From Chara braunii (taxonomy: Eukaryota; Plantae; Charophyceae), in assembly GCA_003427395.1 (NCBI GenBank), contig BFEA01000033.1:1603116-1667115 (forward strand): a stretch of DNA of 64,000 bases, read 5' to 3'. Shown here in pieces: positions 49,201 through 63,075 of this stretch. The first letter of the stretch is position 1, and each line of letters opens with the position of its first letter. The notes below the pieces were generated by a model, which did not search any database, had not been told where the DNA came from, and saw only the letters and a list, made by a program, of their open reading frames with translations. The position numbers were made by a program, and so were the translations under genes.

Positions 49201-51145
49201 AAATCTGATTGGCGCAGATGGTACAATGAGATGAGGGGTTGCCCGAGGAAACAAAAAGCAGACGAAGTGGTAGCAGCGTGCATTGTGGGTGACTTCAGGC
49301 GGTAGTACTCAAGGTCGTTAAACCCGGTTTTGCAAGAACGACGGTGAGGTGCGCGGGAAGATGCGCGGGAAGTTCTGGTGTTCCTATCTTTGCCCTCTTC
49401 TATTGGTTGCAGAGGGCGTGGCACGTGACTGCAGGTCGCTCCTAATACACATTGCGGCTGGAAAACAGCATGCACAGGGCCACAAGTTTTTTGCAGTGCT
49501 TGAAGTTCGGAAGATGATGAAATTTATGATATCACTCGCAGTCTTTGGAGCTAGAAAATTGGATGAGTGGAACATCGTCGGATAGAAGTCATGGAAAATC
49601 CGCCGGGGTCTGTGTACCTCCTTGGAACTGTTGACGGGGTCGTTTGCTCTGTTGGGCACCTTCGTGCTTAATTGTTGCCGGGGTGACTGTTCTTCTGCTC
49701 TGCTCGGGACTGCGGCTTTCACAGCAGTCTATCGAAATGACACCCAGTACCAGGCTTGTCACTGTGACTCTTTTCCCACCCCTGAGCGTCGAGAGACTTA
49801 CCCAGTACCCAGGTCAGTGTTTACCCGGTTCCTATGGGATTTGAGCCGAACGGGATCCCTCTGGGGACAGACTGAACTGGGTACTGGATGAGCGTACGAT
49901 TTTACCCCACGAACGGACAAGGTGGGGCAGGGGATCCTTCAAGGTGATAGAGGAAGTCCTTGCCTGGAGCATTTGCGTTTGATGCTGTTATCTTGATGGG
50001 TGAAGAGGAGGCCGGATGTGTTTGTATGCTCTGTATTGGTAAGTTTATAGCGGTGTGCTTATGGGCGAAGAGGCCAAATGCATGTGGTTACCTTCTGTCG
50101 CTATGCATAAAGGTATGCTGAACCCAGGATCGAGGAGGTGCTCTCGGCCTATAGTCTGAGGCCTCTGGACCTCTGGGATCCCTTGCTGCAGGTGACGGGC
50201 TGCAATCGGTTTCATTAACTGCTGTGCTCGTGTGACATGTATTTTGCGGTTCTTGTTTTTTGTGAAGTGCTCTGTGCGTTTCTGGATATTCGTTTTCCCA
50301 CAGAAGATGTTAAGCACTCGACACTGGCCCAGTTGCTAGTGATTGCTTGCCATGGGTCGGTGTGAAGCTGACTCGTTACAAAGACGAGACTGAAGCAATA
50401 TGGTGCTCTCTTTCTGAGTGTGCTAGGTAGCTTTAACTTTTGCCGCATTTTTATCCCATTTGGATTCATAGTGCTGTTTTTTTAACAGCAGGTAGGTGCG
50501 TGTACCGTTTAGTCTCATGGGATGGGCTTCGTTTCTTTTTCCCCATTTGGTCCTCAGTGCTTGTGGATAGCCTTCAGTCTCAGGCGAGCTCTCAGGCTGT
50601 AGGTCTGCTGTACTTGCTCCCGCTCCAGTCTATGGGTGAGGAGGAATGACTTCGGGCCACCCGTTCCCAGCATTCCAGTATGCAACATGAACGGTGGCAG
50701 CAGGCTCCCTATTTCATTTTTTGATGGCCTTGGGACGTCATCATCAAACAGACCAGCCATAGGTAAAATTCTGAATTGTAGTTTCACTGATCTGTTTCCA
50801 GCAAAGTTCGAAGTCGGGCCTATATTTCAACAGTTCAGCGGTGTATCAACGTACCAACTGGACTACGCCATTAGGTGCAGGCTCCCTTTTTCGAAGATGG
50901 CCTTGGGCTCCCTTTTTAAAAGACTGCCTTATCTATGTTTCCAGCAGAGGTCGAACTTGGGCCTATATTTCAACAGTTCAGGGGTGGAGCAACTGAACTA
51001 GGCCATTTGGTGCAGGCTCCCTTTTTAAAAGAAGACTTCATGGTGAACTTTGTCATCACTGGTGTCCTTTCTGATGGAAGTCACTTCGAGATAACAGTCT
51101 GGCCTTCTGTGTTCATACAGTCTGGCCTTCTGTGTTCACACAGTC

Positions 51146-52807
51146 TGATAACTTAGGGGTAGCCAAGCCACAGATAGCATTTGACTCGGTAGTGTTCAAG
51201 CCAGAGCACTGGTTCACTGGATGCTTTCAGCGTGAACTTCAGAACGGAACTGTTGAGATGGCACCTGGTGTTACATGCCCAGTTGGGCGATGTACATAAA
51301 TAACCGAGGGTCCGCGATGTGATGAAAAGGACTGAATGGACAATGCAGTGCAAGTGAAATCTCAACAAGCAGTGTACATCCGAACGTATACAAAAATGGT
51401 GCTTTATAGTGCAGTGGAGGACATAGATACAAGTCCTGACCTGACCGGGACTGGCTTCTCTCACGTAGTGCAAGACAGCACGGTAGAAGGCTAGAATACC
51501 AATTACTAGCCCAATCAATGTTGCAGTACAGACCAAACATACATCATCCTCATCACAAGGTGTGAAGGGGCCTAGCGCTACACACAGGAAGAATGTGCCA
51601 GGTCCAGTTCATACACAGATGACGGGGAGCAGACGAAGAAGGGGGAAGATGGGAGGGGAGCAGACGAAGAAGAAGGGGGAAGATGGGAATGTTGTCAACA
51701 CCAAGTTTTCGTTACACGTCCCAGATCATCCCTCGTCAAATTTCTGAAGCCCAATGTCGAGTCTGGATCCAAATGTCACCAAGCCGGCTCTCTCAGTCTG
51801 CTGATGCAGTGAAGTGAGGTAGCGAGAGGGTGAGAGGGAGATGGAATGAGAAGAGGAAGCAGAAAACTCTCTTATGTGCCAGGTACTAAGCTGTGAAGAT
51901 GGCACCGTGCTGCAGGTACCGCGAAGGCGAAGCTGGAGATATGGCGCTGCAGGTAAGTCTCCCTGGCATCCGCCCAATCTCTCTCTCTCTCTAGTACTAC
52001 TCTAGCTCCTAGTAGCGCCTAGCGCTGAAGACTACTGCTAACGCTACTAGCGCCCAGCGCTGAAGACTATTGCTGGTGCTACTACTACTGCAGCGCTCCA
52101 GAGTGCTGCTGCCGAATCCTGAAGACAACCTCCTGCCTCCTGAACTACACGTGAAGTGCCTGGGAAGTACCTAGTAACTATCTCCAGCCTGCAGGGCGGG
52201 CCAGTCTTGTATAGTGCTGGCCCGTCCAGGAGGCTGCTCTTGCCAATGCCAAAACGTGCCAGACCCTGGGGTTGAAGCTCAAACAAAGGTTGTCTTGAAA
52301 ATAGGCCATAAATGGCCTGAGCTAAAACCCTGGTCTGGTGCCTGAGTTTCAGGGCAGGTCGATCTTATGCGGGCCTGAAAATGGCCCTCCGTTTCAAGCT
52401 GAAAAGACTTAGGGCCGAAAAAGCCCTGTTTTAGGCTGAAATGACACAGGGCCTGTAGGCCCTTGTTTCCAAGCTTTCAGGCTGAAATGGTTGTGTATTT
52501 TATTTGAGTTTCATGTGTTATTATGTAATGATGGATTACCGAAAACAAGTCGAATTCTCAAATTACGAAAACAATTCAAAACTCAAAAATTGAGTAGTGA
52601 TTTAGCTGAATACGATACGGACCCTGTTTTCGCCGATGTGGTTATTAAAGAATGTTTAAACACAAGTATAGTTTATTTGTGTTCAAGTGTGTGTGGAGCA
52701 TATAGGGCCTGTAGGTCCTTGTTTTCAGGCGTTCGGGCTGAAAACGACACGGGCCTGAAAATGGCCCGTGCAGCCTGTTGCACGTGCAGCACGCGCAATA
52801 TGTAATC
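51146..52807 (-). repeat. Putative 3' LTR of the chromovirus-type Gypsy element
   Basis: On the minus strand it starts right after a polypurine tract (poly-C on plus, 52807-52823) with GATTAC and ends GTTATCA; it interrupts a 23-bp tandem repeat at ~51145. Confidence 0.6.
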
Positions 52808-52899
52808 CCCCCCCCCCCTCTTATGAAGTCAAGTCGGGTCGAGGGCGAAGCTGATGATCTGAAGGTGGAACCTGGACGCAGACGCGACGTGGAGCCGAA

Positions 52900-54650
52900 G
52901 ATACCGGCTTGCCTTGCATCGTGTTCGTAGCGTGCAAGAACACCTGGAGCTGTTGTTTGGAGTTCCACATGGGTTAACCAACGGTCAACTCTGTGAGTGT
53001 AGTACACAAAGTGTACCAAGTACTCGGTTGGCCTGTTGCCGTAGCGAGGCTGGGAGATGATGTCGCCGACCTTTTAAAAACCGTCCATAGAGGTGGGTCT
53101 TGCGATCGTCGCCTGGGAAAATTGTCATGTTCTGCTGGCGTGTAAAGAGGCAACTTCGAGTAGTGAAAGACCGGGTAGACGGGCAAGTGGGCGGGCACCT
53201 GAATGGTGAAGGAAGGTCATTCGTGTGCATCCCCAGTGGGTGGGTGCATCCCCACTGGGTGCCACGATCGGCCAGGGCCCTATTCATTTCGGGAGGTACT
53301 TGCGAGAGATATCTTGTTCAAGGTTGAACACTGCGGCGGAAACCCGAACGAGATCGCTGGCGATTGGCCTGTTCGCTCATGCGTCGTTCAAGGAAGACGT
53401 NTGTTCAAGGTTGAACACTGCGGCGGAAACCCGAACGAGATCGCTGGCGATTGGCCTGTTCGCTCATGCGTCGTTCAAGGAAGACGTTGGTGATTGACCT
53501 GATGGCTCATGCGTTGCTGCGTCTTGGCCATCTGGTTGCGTGCCTTGACAAGTAGCTCTTGCATCCGACGCAATACGAAAAGATGGTCGTTGCTCTCTAC
53601 AGTGCGTGAAATGATTGTGTCCAATAGAGAAGTGACCGGCGAGTTGTGCTCAAACTCGAAGGGTGACATCCCGATAGCCGGGTGGATGGACGAGTTGTAT
53701 GCCAACTTGACATCCGGCAGCCATTCAACCCAATCCTTTTGGTCGGGATGGATGAGAGTGCGAAGGAGAACCTATAGGGTCTGATGCGCCCTTTCCGTTT
53801 GGCCATCGGTTTGGGGGCGGCGAGCTAAACTTGGCTTGAGAGATGAGCCCCATCGTTGATGAGTGCCAACCAAAAATTGTATATGAACCGAGTGTCGCGG
53901 TCCCTAACAATTTGCTTGGGGTAACCCTTGGTTCGAATCCAACTTCGGCCAACTCCGGTGCCTTCGCATGATAGCGGCAAGGCAAAAACATGAGGAACTT
54001 GGTGAGTCGGGCGACCACTGTGAGACTCTCATACACACCGGTTTTGTGCTTGGGGAATGCCCCGGTAACGTCTATGGCAATCGTTTTCCTTCGGTGCAAG
54101 GGGATCGATAATGGACGGAACTTGGCTTACAGAAGATGGTTGCGGGAAAGCGAAATCTTTCCGTATCGCATTTTGAATGCGGATTTGTAGCCTTCTTTCG
54201 CCCCGATCGAAATTTGATGATGTTCCGATTTAAAATCCAACTTAAAAAATACTTTGCATCACCCAATCGCCCAAGAAGATCGTCGACGTGAGGAAGAGGC
54301 CACACATTCTTGATGGTTTGCCCATTGAGTTTCCGGTAGTCGATGCACGATCGTAAATCCTTGTTCTTCTTCCGTACGAAGAGAGCTGGTGCTTCATAGG
54401 GCGGATGCAGGCCTTGTCCAACAAGTTGTCATGTTGCGCGCGGAGGACCGTAAGCTCCTGATTTCTCATGAGGTAAATGCAACCTTTCGGCGGCACGATA
54501 CCAACCTCAAGAATGATCTCGTACGAGATCGGCGGATCTGACACCCCATCGGTAAGTGACATGAGGATGCCGGTGAACTTGACTAGCAACCGCACCATAC
54601 GGTGTTGTACTTTTTCCACTCAGTCCACTTCAGGCGAACGGAGAGCCAAC
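52900..54650 (-). pseudogene. Ty3/Gypsy (chromovirus-type) pol remnant: partial RT, integrase, chromodomain
   Basis: RT start (PPKGCIY..LLDK, WPLPHVDDLLGRLGDAKYF); integrase (IAIDVTGAFP, RLTK, TDGQTERAHQT, AYNSSIHPAIGMSPFE, VYPVFHYSKL); chromodomain-like EYLVHFVYYTHRVDRWL. Most of RT and RNase H is deleted near 54140. Confidence 0.88.
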
Positions 54651-54654
54651 AGGC

Positions 54655-57600
54655 TGTCACGCAGGGTTTTGTATGTGATTTGCAATAAATAAAAGAAGTT
54701 AAATAATGCAAATCCCTTCCTGTTTTGTGCGTCCGGCTTCGAGTGAGACACTTCAATTACGGTCTTCTCCGGTCCCCGGTCTTAGGAAACTTTTATTTTG
54801 ATTCGGAACAGCAGAGAAACATGCAAATAACATGCAAATAATAATCATAAAATTATGGAGTGCGAAGCATGCATCAATTATGTCAAATTGATTTTGAGAA
54901 CTGTGACAAAATCATCCATAAAACAGTCATCAGGTAAGAACAATGCAAAAGCAAGACCAACTGGCTTGAGCAAAGACAGAGTTAGATGACAATGCAAAAG
55001 CAAGACCGACTGGCTTGAGCAAAGACGAAGTCAGATGAATGAGGGAAGAAAGAGAACTCTTAATAGTCTAAAAAAGTACATATGGAAGAGAGTATGATCA
55101 GCACCAAACAAGAGTCCGCACTCATCCTTCTGAACCTTGCACTCATCTTTTCACTTTGCTGTTCGTCGTTTGAGCTTTTGGGCATGTCTCCGTACGCTTT
55201 GAGGTTGTGGCTTCTGAATACAAAGCCACCTGAAGCCCACTAGTTCCAAACATTTTCATCCAAGTCCCATGATATGGAAGTCAAGCATGGCACAAAATTT
55301 TTCCCATAGAGTGGGAAGGTAGGGCTGAGAGAAAATGCCTCTCCTAAGATGTGGAAACTCAATTGACTCATTCACTGCCGATCACTGCCGGTGATATGTA
55401 TCTCTCGGCCAAGTACACCAGTCCTCCCCAATAAGAGCCGTCAGTAAGAAAGTATTGGACCGACGGTTTGGGATAGTCAGTGAAAAGCTTGGGTCCAAAG
55501 GTATAGACTAACTTTGAGCTGCCCTGGAGCCTCTAAGCTTTCCATTGCACAAACCCGGCTGCTGCAGCCCACACTGCATCAAAGTGAGGATGTGTCTTGT
55601 TCCCCTTTTTCAGGAAGATCCGCAGGTCGATGATTATACCTTCAGCAAAATCAGTAAGGCCGACAAAGATAGGCAGATCTTTGCACTTGAACCCATCAAT
55701 CTTGACATACTTGTAGGGAAACTCTCCTTGGCAGCGGTCAGGTTGAGGATGTCAAGGACCGACTGATCAACAGTGTTGGGGTTGATCTCTCTCATGTGTT
55801 CGGATATGTAGTTACTCTCTGATAGAGAAAAATGATTGTGCTTGATTGATGAACGTCCGCCGCTTAGGAGTCTTTTGAATACTATCCCGAGTGTTGTTTA
55901 TGATTACTGTTTCTGATTGCTGTTTCTGATTGCTGTTACCAGAATGATGATTTTGATTACCGATTGACTGTTTGCTGATTGATTGTTGCCTGACTGCTGC
56001 TATTTTGAATTGACTGTTGCTTACCGAATAGACGACAATTGTCACTAGATGAACAAACCATTATTTGCCATCCGATTGCTGTCCGGAGGTCATCAGAAGG
56101 CTACCCGAAGGCTGTCTAAAAATTATCTGAAGTTTGCCTGAAAGTTAACTGTATGCAGCTCGGTCAGTACTAATGGCGTGTGCTGCGCACCGACAACACC
56201 GTCAAGTGCTGATCAACACCGACAGCACTGAGGACGAGTTGTACGTTGCTGAGTCTATTCTCTGATTGTCTGAGCCTGTTTTTTTATTGTCCGAAAATTC
56301 ATTGACATCTTAAACCTCCCAATAGCCGATTCACCAGTACTGGCGGCCGGAACAACAAAAGGCACTGGTGTTCGCTGCTCAGAAGTTGGTAGATTTTGGG
56401 AGAGTGATTCAAGCACTACAGGGTTCGTGCAAGCTCCGTTCTGGCATGTTCCACAGTCTCCAGTGAGGAACTGGTACTGTGCAGTCTGCTGCCGTGCCCA
56501 TAAAAGTAGATTACATATTCAATGTACATCTCATCTGTCACCATCTCAACTGCGTGCTCACGTTGAGCTACTTTGTGTATTTCCATGTCTCGGCATGCTT
56601 ATTTCTCCCATCCTTCTCTTTTGTCCCTGTTTAGTTTGCTCTTTACCACTAGGACCTTCTGTTCTTTCTTGACTTCCCCGTACTCAGAGATCCGACCACG
56701 GACCGCGTAACATACAGATAAACTAATGATTTTTACACCCTGAACGAAAAGTTATTTTCCGCTAGGATCGTTCAAGTTAGCACTGTTTCCTAAGATTGCA
56801 GAGGCACCTCTCGGACTTTTCCCCTCGACCAAGGCCCCAACTGTCAGTAAACTCTGATTGAGCCTAGCCCAGACGAGTTCTTGTGTTTNCAGAGGATAGG
56901 TAGTTTCCNTGGCTCACNCCACTTNAGCCGNTGTGGCCCCACANNACGACCATCCAACTTCTANCTCAGACGACAGTCTATCGATCACNNCTATANNGGG
57001 TTTGCGGTAGTTGACCTATGATCAAATCTCATGACCGTGACCTGTTGCTAAATCATGGTCCGTCTAGCTATGGATGATTTAAGCCAAAGGCTAGCTGACC
57101 TTTTTTTCTACCAGTTCTCGTTAAAGACTATCTTGCTCATGCGCTTAGCAGAACGGCCCGTCGAGTTATAAGGACTTTTGACATCATGCATTNGCTGGTG
57201 GTCGGCCTATCCCGCAACAAGTAAACATCGCAGGCGGGCACATTCTATACCAAGAGACTCTAGAGCAGTGTACCANACATTTAGGCGAAGGAGGGGAATC
57301 CTCACACAACCATACACAACATTCCCATAATAGGAGGTTTCGTCAGAAAGAGGAATATTGTTGCTAGTAGTAATAAGCTCCATCCCACTGCGAACAGCGG
57401 CACACGAAGCTCTTTTCAACAGTGCGTGAAGAATTTAACCTGATTGGCCCCCTAGAAATCTCTCTTACACAGACACTGAGTTTTCTCGTTACCTGCAAGG
57501 GCGGCCCAGAGTGTAGGAGATCTGCCAGACCTTACCCACACATAGGGAACTTCTCGCTTACTAGATTTTCACGATATGGCCACCTACAAGACTGAAAAAG

Positions 57601-57740
57601 GCTCAAGCAGATAATACATAGGATACAGATTGTTGACTGCGATGCAGGTCCATGGCGAGTAACCACGCATGGATCTCATCAATCCCCCGATTTGGGCGAC
57701 AAGCTAGTTCAGAATCTCCCGAAGCGCCATAATCATACCC

Positions 57741-57795
<55 letters not shown>

Positions 57796-60500
57796 AATTA
57801 TTTTTGTTGAGTGATCAGTAACTGACTGAGTTCGAGAGTGACTTCTGACAACTTGTCAATTTCATTATCACCTTTCGAGTACAAGCATGATAGGAGACAT
57901 ACACAATACTAACTTAATTCATAGCCCTGGGCCTCAACTTTGATCAGTCTCCATCAATGAGGTACTTGACCAAAAGATAAGCCACTGTTCTCATTAACTT
58001 TTGCCCATCACAGAAAGGAATTGAAAAAAGATTGAAGAGTATGGCCGACTCATTTATTCGCACAACCCACAGTTCTCACTCGCGTTTATGTCCACTGTAC
58101 ATTCCATACCACCAGTCTTTATATACCCAAGCGTTTGCCTAAAATCAAGGGGTGCGTGTTTTAGTTAGCACTCCACAACTGAGGTTAACCCAACAGGCTA
58201 TACCAATTGGGAACAATACTCCATTCACATGAGAAGTCGGTAGCCAAAGAGTCGGAGAACTGAGCTCGCTGGCCAGCTAGTTTTGACAAAACACACTAAC
58301 CAAACGCTGAATCAATCCTCCTTCCAAAGGGGTTATACTTTACCCATATCGATGCGCAAGAACAGTCCCAACAACAAAAACCATTTAGCTCAATCTCAAT
58401 ACGTACTGATAGTGACCTGGCTAGCTTGTCCTACCTCTTCTCGTCATACGTAAGTCGAATTAGTGCCCTCGGGCTGAGCCGACTGAGTCTAAGGACCTGA
58501 TGACGTCACCCCAAGCGAAACACGCCTAGCCACATGCCACGAGAAGCAGCTCTCCTACCAGCGGCAGCAAGCCCCAGGTAGGAGAGAGGTGAATCAGTTG
58601 GCGCTTTCACAGGGTCTTATAAATCCCGCACGCTCAAACGGTTGGTACTCGTAATTGGGCGAGTATTCATGACGGTGGAGTCGCTGCAGACGTGTAAACG
58701 TGAAGCTCTTAACAGAGAAGACGTCTAAAGAAAAGGTATAAATCCCATCTATGACGCCGGTTAAAGCCAACAATTACCTTTACCCCTGAGCGCGCCGTGC
58801 ATGAACTTCCCCCTTTTCTTGACCTTAACCGTTGAAAGCTAGCGTCGACAATAATTGTCGCTTCTCCTGTTATTCCTTTCAATGACTCGGCTTACTTGAC
58901 AGAGGCAAACCAGTCACGCTTCCTCCCACACACGAACTTTGTCGTCCTACTAGTCCGAGATGATTATACAAAGGGCTGACTTTGTCCACAACAGGCTCGG
59001 CCTTCTTTACCGCGCCCTTTACAACTGATCTGTTTCTTGGACACCAACACTTGATTTTGCTAAATGCCCGAGACCACTTCAGTGCGGTAGAGTTATCCCT
59101 CCGTAAGGACGAAAACACGCGGGTATTCTCTCCTTTATCTCTTGACGATGACCACTTAACAACTCTGAGTCACGTTATCGCAAACTCCCGTACCCGCGCT
59201 GAAACCAGCTTGGTTTTTCACTGGTTCAGGCCTGGCCAGCTTGTGGCTGCAGTCCACCCATAAGCAAAGGGCTGTTGATCCGTGTCCGAGACTGAGAGGG
59301 ATTGTGCTTAGCGCGTGGCATACGAATCGAGTGGCAACCTCCATCATGCCCGACAGATTAACCCCTTTCTGGATGGACACTGCTCTCACAATTCTGGCAG
59401 GACCTTTTCTCCCACGTTTTTTTTATCACGGTTGCAGGTGCAAGCACATAGCGCGAGCGCGTGAGTAATGGTTGACGTCAGTCGTACTCCGCGAACTCGC
59501 GTCCCGCTTCGCTCACACAGTCTTCCCTTTTGCTGACCATCCCCACGCACGCAAGGCCACGCCACGTGTAGATCGTGTGCCCTCGTAACCGCCCAGTGAC
59601 TCAATTCACCGCGCCCGCTCACACTGGCTCGCAGGCATGTTCACTCTTTCTGGCTTATCGCACACTGCAGTCCCGTTGACGCCAACCACATGACTGTTCT
59701 TTTATCCCGCATCCACTCTCACATCTCGAGCGTACAAACTTTTACTAATTAACTCTTAGATTCTCAGTCTCGCCACGTTGGTCACTTCGCCATCTCCAAC
59801 TGACTTCCGAGTCACTCTCAACAGGTTCCGCAAGCTCAAAACAAACGTCACACGTGAACTCTGAGGCAACAATTGATGTCAACCGTACCTCACAGTTTTT
59901 CGTACTCCCCTGTGCGACTCGCCTACACGTGTTGACTTCCGCACACTCGCCCCTTACACGTGTCTTTTTCCCCTGCTCTTCTTCTTACTCGTCCCGCTGC
60001 CCCTGGTCACCGGTTGCCGCGAGCTGGCCTCAGGTCCGCCCTCCACTTCTCGGGCTAGAGGGTGGTTCTTGCGAACCTGGTCCGACCTGTTCCAGGATTG
60101 CATGTTGGTCTCCCGGTCCGCCTCGCTCATCTCGCTCTCCCCATCTGAGTCCCTGTCGAGATGAGCCTGCTCCCGGCCTACTGTGTCCATTGAGGTCTCG
60201 GCCTCATGGTACGAGACAGTTACTCACATCCCTGCAGTAACTCCGTCCCTCCTGCAACGTCTTTCCATGCGATCCCTTGCCTCCGTAATTGCATCTTGCA
60301 ACTTAGAATTAGTCCTCATCTCCCCTTCCTTCGCCCCTTTTACGTTGATTTTCAGTTTGATTTGATCCCCTCCGTCATAGTTGAGGATAGCGGTGATAAT
60401 GAAACCCTCCCTAAACATTTGCCTCCAACGCATCCGGAGGTTCCAATAGTCCAACCTATATCCATGCAGCGCCATGGCCGGACTTAGCTTAATAGACCCG
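54655..60500 (-). mobile_element. Second, heavily degenerate LTR-retroelement-like remnant (boundaries uncertain)
   Basis: Only faint motifs, in Gypsy order on the minus strand: gag-like fragments 60475-59700, WGDVI (~58500), LATDFS (~58230), METDQ (~57950), DHRSTT (~57015); many stops and ambiguous bases. Confidence 0.4.
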
Positions 60501-62907
60501 GTATTCGTACCAGGTCACTCAGCGTGCTCCTGAAAGCTCACAGCATAGACTAACGCAGTCGAACGCCCAGTTGTGACCAATAACCTGACTCAGAGCGTGG
60601 AGAGCACGCCTGACGCTCACTAGCAAGGCGATAGCCAGAAAATCAGCCCCCCCTCTCTTTTATAATACCACCACATATCGTGACCTCTATATTCTAAACG
60701 AGGGACTAAAACCCGAATAATATTTGAATTCTTTTATTTTATTAACTAAAGTTTTTTTTTTTAAGGATAATAACCAGGTAGAATAAAAGGAAAGGGCCCT
60801 AAGGAAGATCCCCAACGGTCACATTATGAGTGGTGCCCTCTTACAGCCCATAGCAGTCTCTCCGTTTCCCTGGTGCGACGTTTTGCTAGCGCGACGATCC
60901 CATAATAGAATACTAACGGCGCATTTTTCACTTCAAAATAAGCCGACTACCTACCTCTATCGGGTGCCCGTGTCCGATGGTAAGGAGGGGGCTTATGACC
61001 CTCCATGGGGTGATAAGTCTCCTACCGATGCGGCCGCGGGTCGCCCCTCTTGTGGGGTCTTAATCGCGCGGCGCTTCACAAAGTACGGTATTCAGGAGGA
61101 CAGTCGAAAGGACAGGTCAGTCCTGGCCTTCGGACCAGTCATAATCTAAAGGGAACCGCCAACCTCCCCCATGATGTGACTAAAAACGGGGGTGAGAGCC
61201 ACGTCTGAAGTTCCAGCAAAATAAACGAAAGGAAAAAGCTAACAATAAAGATAAAATAATAATAATAATATCGAGAAGAGAAAGGGGGCTATGACGTCAT
61301 AGTTACCCCGAACTAAAGCAGGAACTCATACCATCACGTAGACTTCGGCGCTTAGCTTTCCTTTCCCCTTTTGCTTCTCTTTTTGAGGTTTCCATTGCCT
61401 CTTGTTGAGTTCGTCAATCCCTGTCTTTAATGTGTGTCATTTATAAGGGTAATAAATTATAGAGAAAATCATGGTTGCGTCAAATTTTTAGTTTGAAATA
61501 TGCACAAAAAAAAAAACAGCACATCTTCATCTTGACAGTGATGTCTGTTTCTGTGCATCTAACCCATAGCTTGGATAGAGGGCATGGCATTCGGCGCGCA
61601 GTATAAAAGACTCCACCGGTTCCTCTACCTCCGAGTTCCTGGGCGAAACCTGCGGCTACCACGACAACAAGCCGATAGAGGTTCGGAACGCGCCTAGAAG
61701 CAACGGAAGTAGAGACAGGGAACTGATACTGAGTAGGAATCTGGCACCCAGGCGGGCTGGGATACCGCGCCCTCCGACATGATACCAAACCCCCACCCAA
61801 CGTCCCCGCTGGGTCAAAATGCGACGATTGAAGAGTATAAAACAACACACAACTTAGGGTTCTCATTCATTCTCAGTACATCACCACGACTCATCATAGT
61901 GCTCTTACGCCGATCATCTGACTTTTCTTGTCATAATATTTTCTTCTCTTTTTCTTTCCTTTTTCATAACGTTTTTTTTTTCTCTTTTGCATGTGGCATC
62001 GCTGCAAGATCTGCGTCGTCACTCTTTCACTTTTCTTCGTCCCTTTTTGCTGCACACTTTCTCTTTGTTAGTCGCTTTTTTTTGCCGCGCTCGGTCTCAC
62101 ACCATGCCTGAGGCACGTAAGGTACAGGGCAGAGGGAGAGGAGGGAGAGGGGGTAAAACTCGGGAGGAGCCACCGGCCCGTATGCGGCGCGATTATAGTT
62201 CTGAGGAGGAGGATGCTGAGCCACGAGGTTATAGCACTAACTTGAGACCCTGTCCTCGCCACTCACTCTCCGCATGGTACGAAAGGACTCCATCCCCAAA
62301 AAATATGTAGTACTTCTGAAAGAAGTTCAAAGCGCGCTATGGCGCGCCCAACACTTCCTCCCCTCCTTACTCTCCCAAAGCTCCTATCACCCCACATCGA
62401 GTAGAGGCCTAGTGCCCGCTCCACCATCCTCTATCCCTTGCGCCGTTCCCTCATCTCCTCACTCCAATAGCTGCATCTGCATCCTTCGCAGCATTTCCTT
62501 TCTTCTCTCTCTGCTTCAGATTGAACTCATGGTAATCTTCTATATGCTTTATAGACGTGACTTCTTTTCAACTTTTTGAATCTGCTTCACTCTTCAAGAC
62601 TTTCAACTCATGCATCACTTCATAGTGTCACTGGCTTGAGAGTTTGAACACCTTGAGGCTGGGGACGCAGGTTCCTCGTGAACCAGGCCGCTTGTCGGCC
62701 ACCAAAATAAAATTTAAGAAGGATTATGTTTCCACTTTCTTGTTTGCTGCTGATTCTGACCTCTTGTCATTATGAAGTCAATTTTCGATCTGAATTTTAT
62801 GTCCGAGAAAGTCACCTTAACTTTCACCTTGGTTGAAAAATTCGAAAACATTGCCAGTCTGATATCAGGGCTTGGGACACCTGTTCAGTCTGCCATGCTA
62901 GGAATAT

Positions 62908-63075
62908 GGCATACCAAACCCTTTTTTCTGTTCTCCGGCTTGAGTGAGTCGCCTTCTCAACTTCTCAAGTAATTCAGGGGATACCAAACCCTGTCTTCTT
63001 TGTCTAATCCGAGTGAGGCGTCTCCTCAACTTCTCAGGAAAAGGGAAAGAGAATACCAAACCCTTTTTCTTTCCT
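62908..63075. repeat. ~70-bp tandem repeat, 2-3 copies
   Basis: ataccaaaccc at ~62911, ~62981 and ~63053, with gagtgag(t/g)cg(c/t)ct(t/c)ctcaacttctca twice. Confidence 0.75.

Noticed and set aside
53315-53487. Exact 86-bp tandem duplication separated by one N
   Set aside because: Scaffolding artefact signature, not biology.
61780-61790. tgatacca as a tRNA-Met primer-binding site
   Set aside because: Only TGGTATCA matches, and it does not follow an identifiable LTR end.
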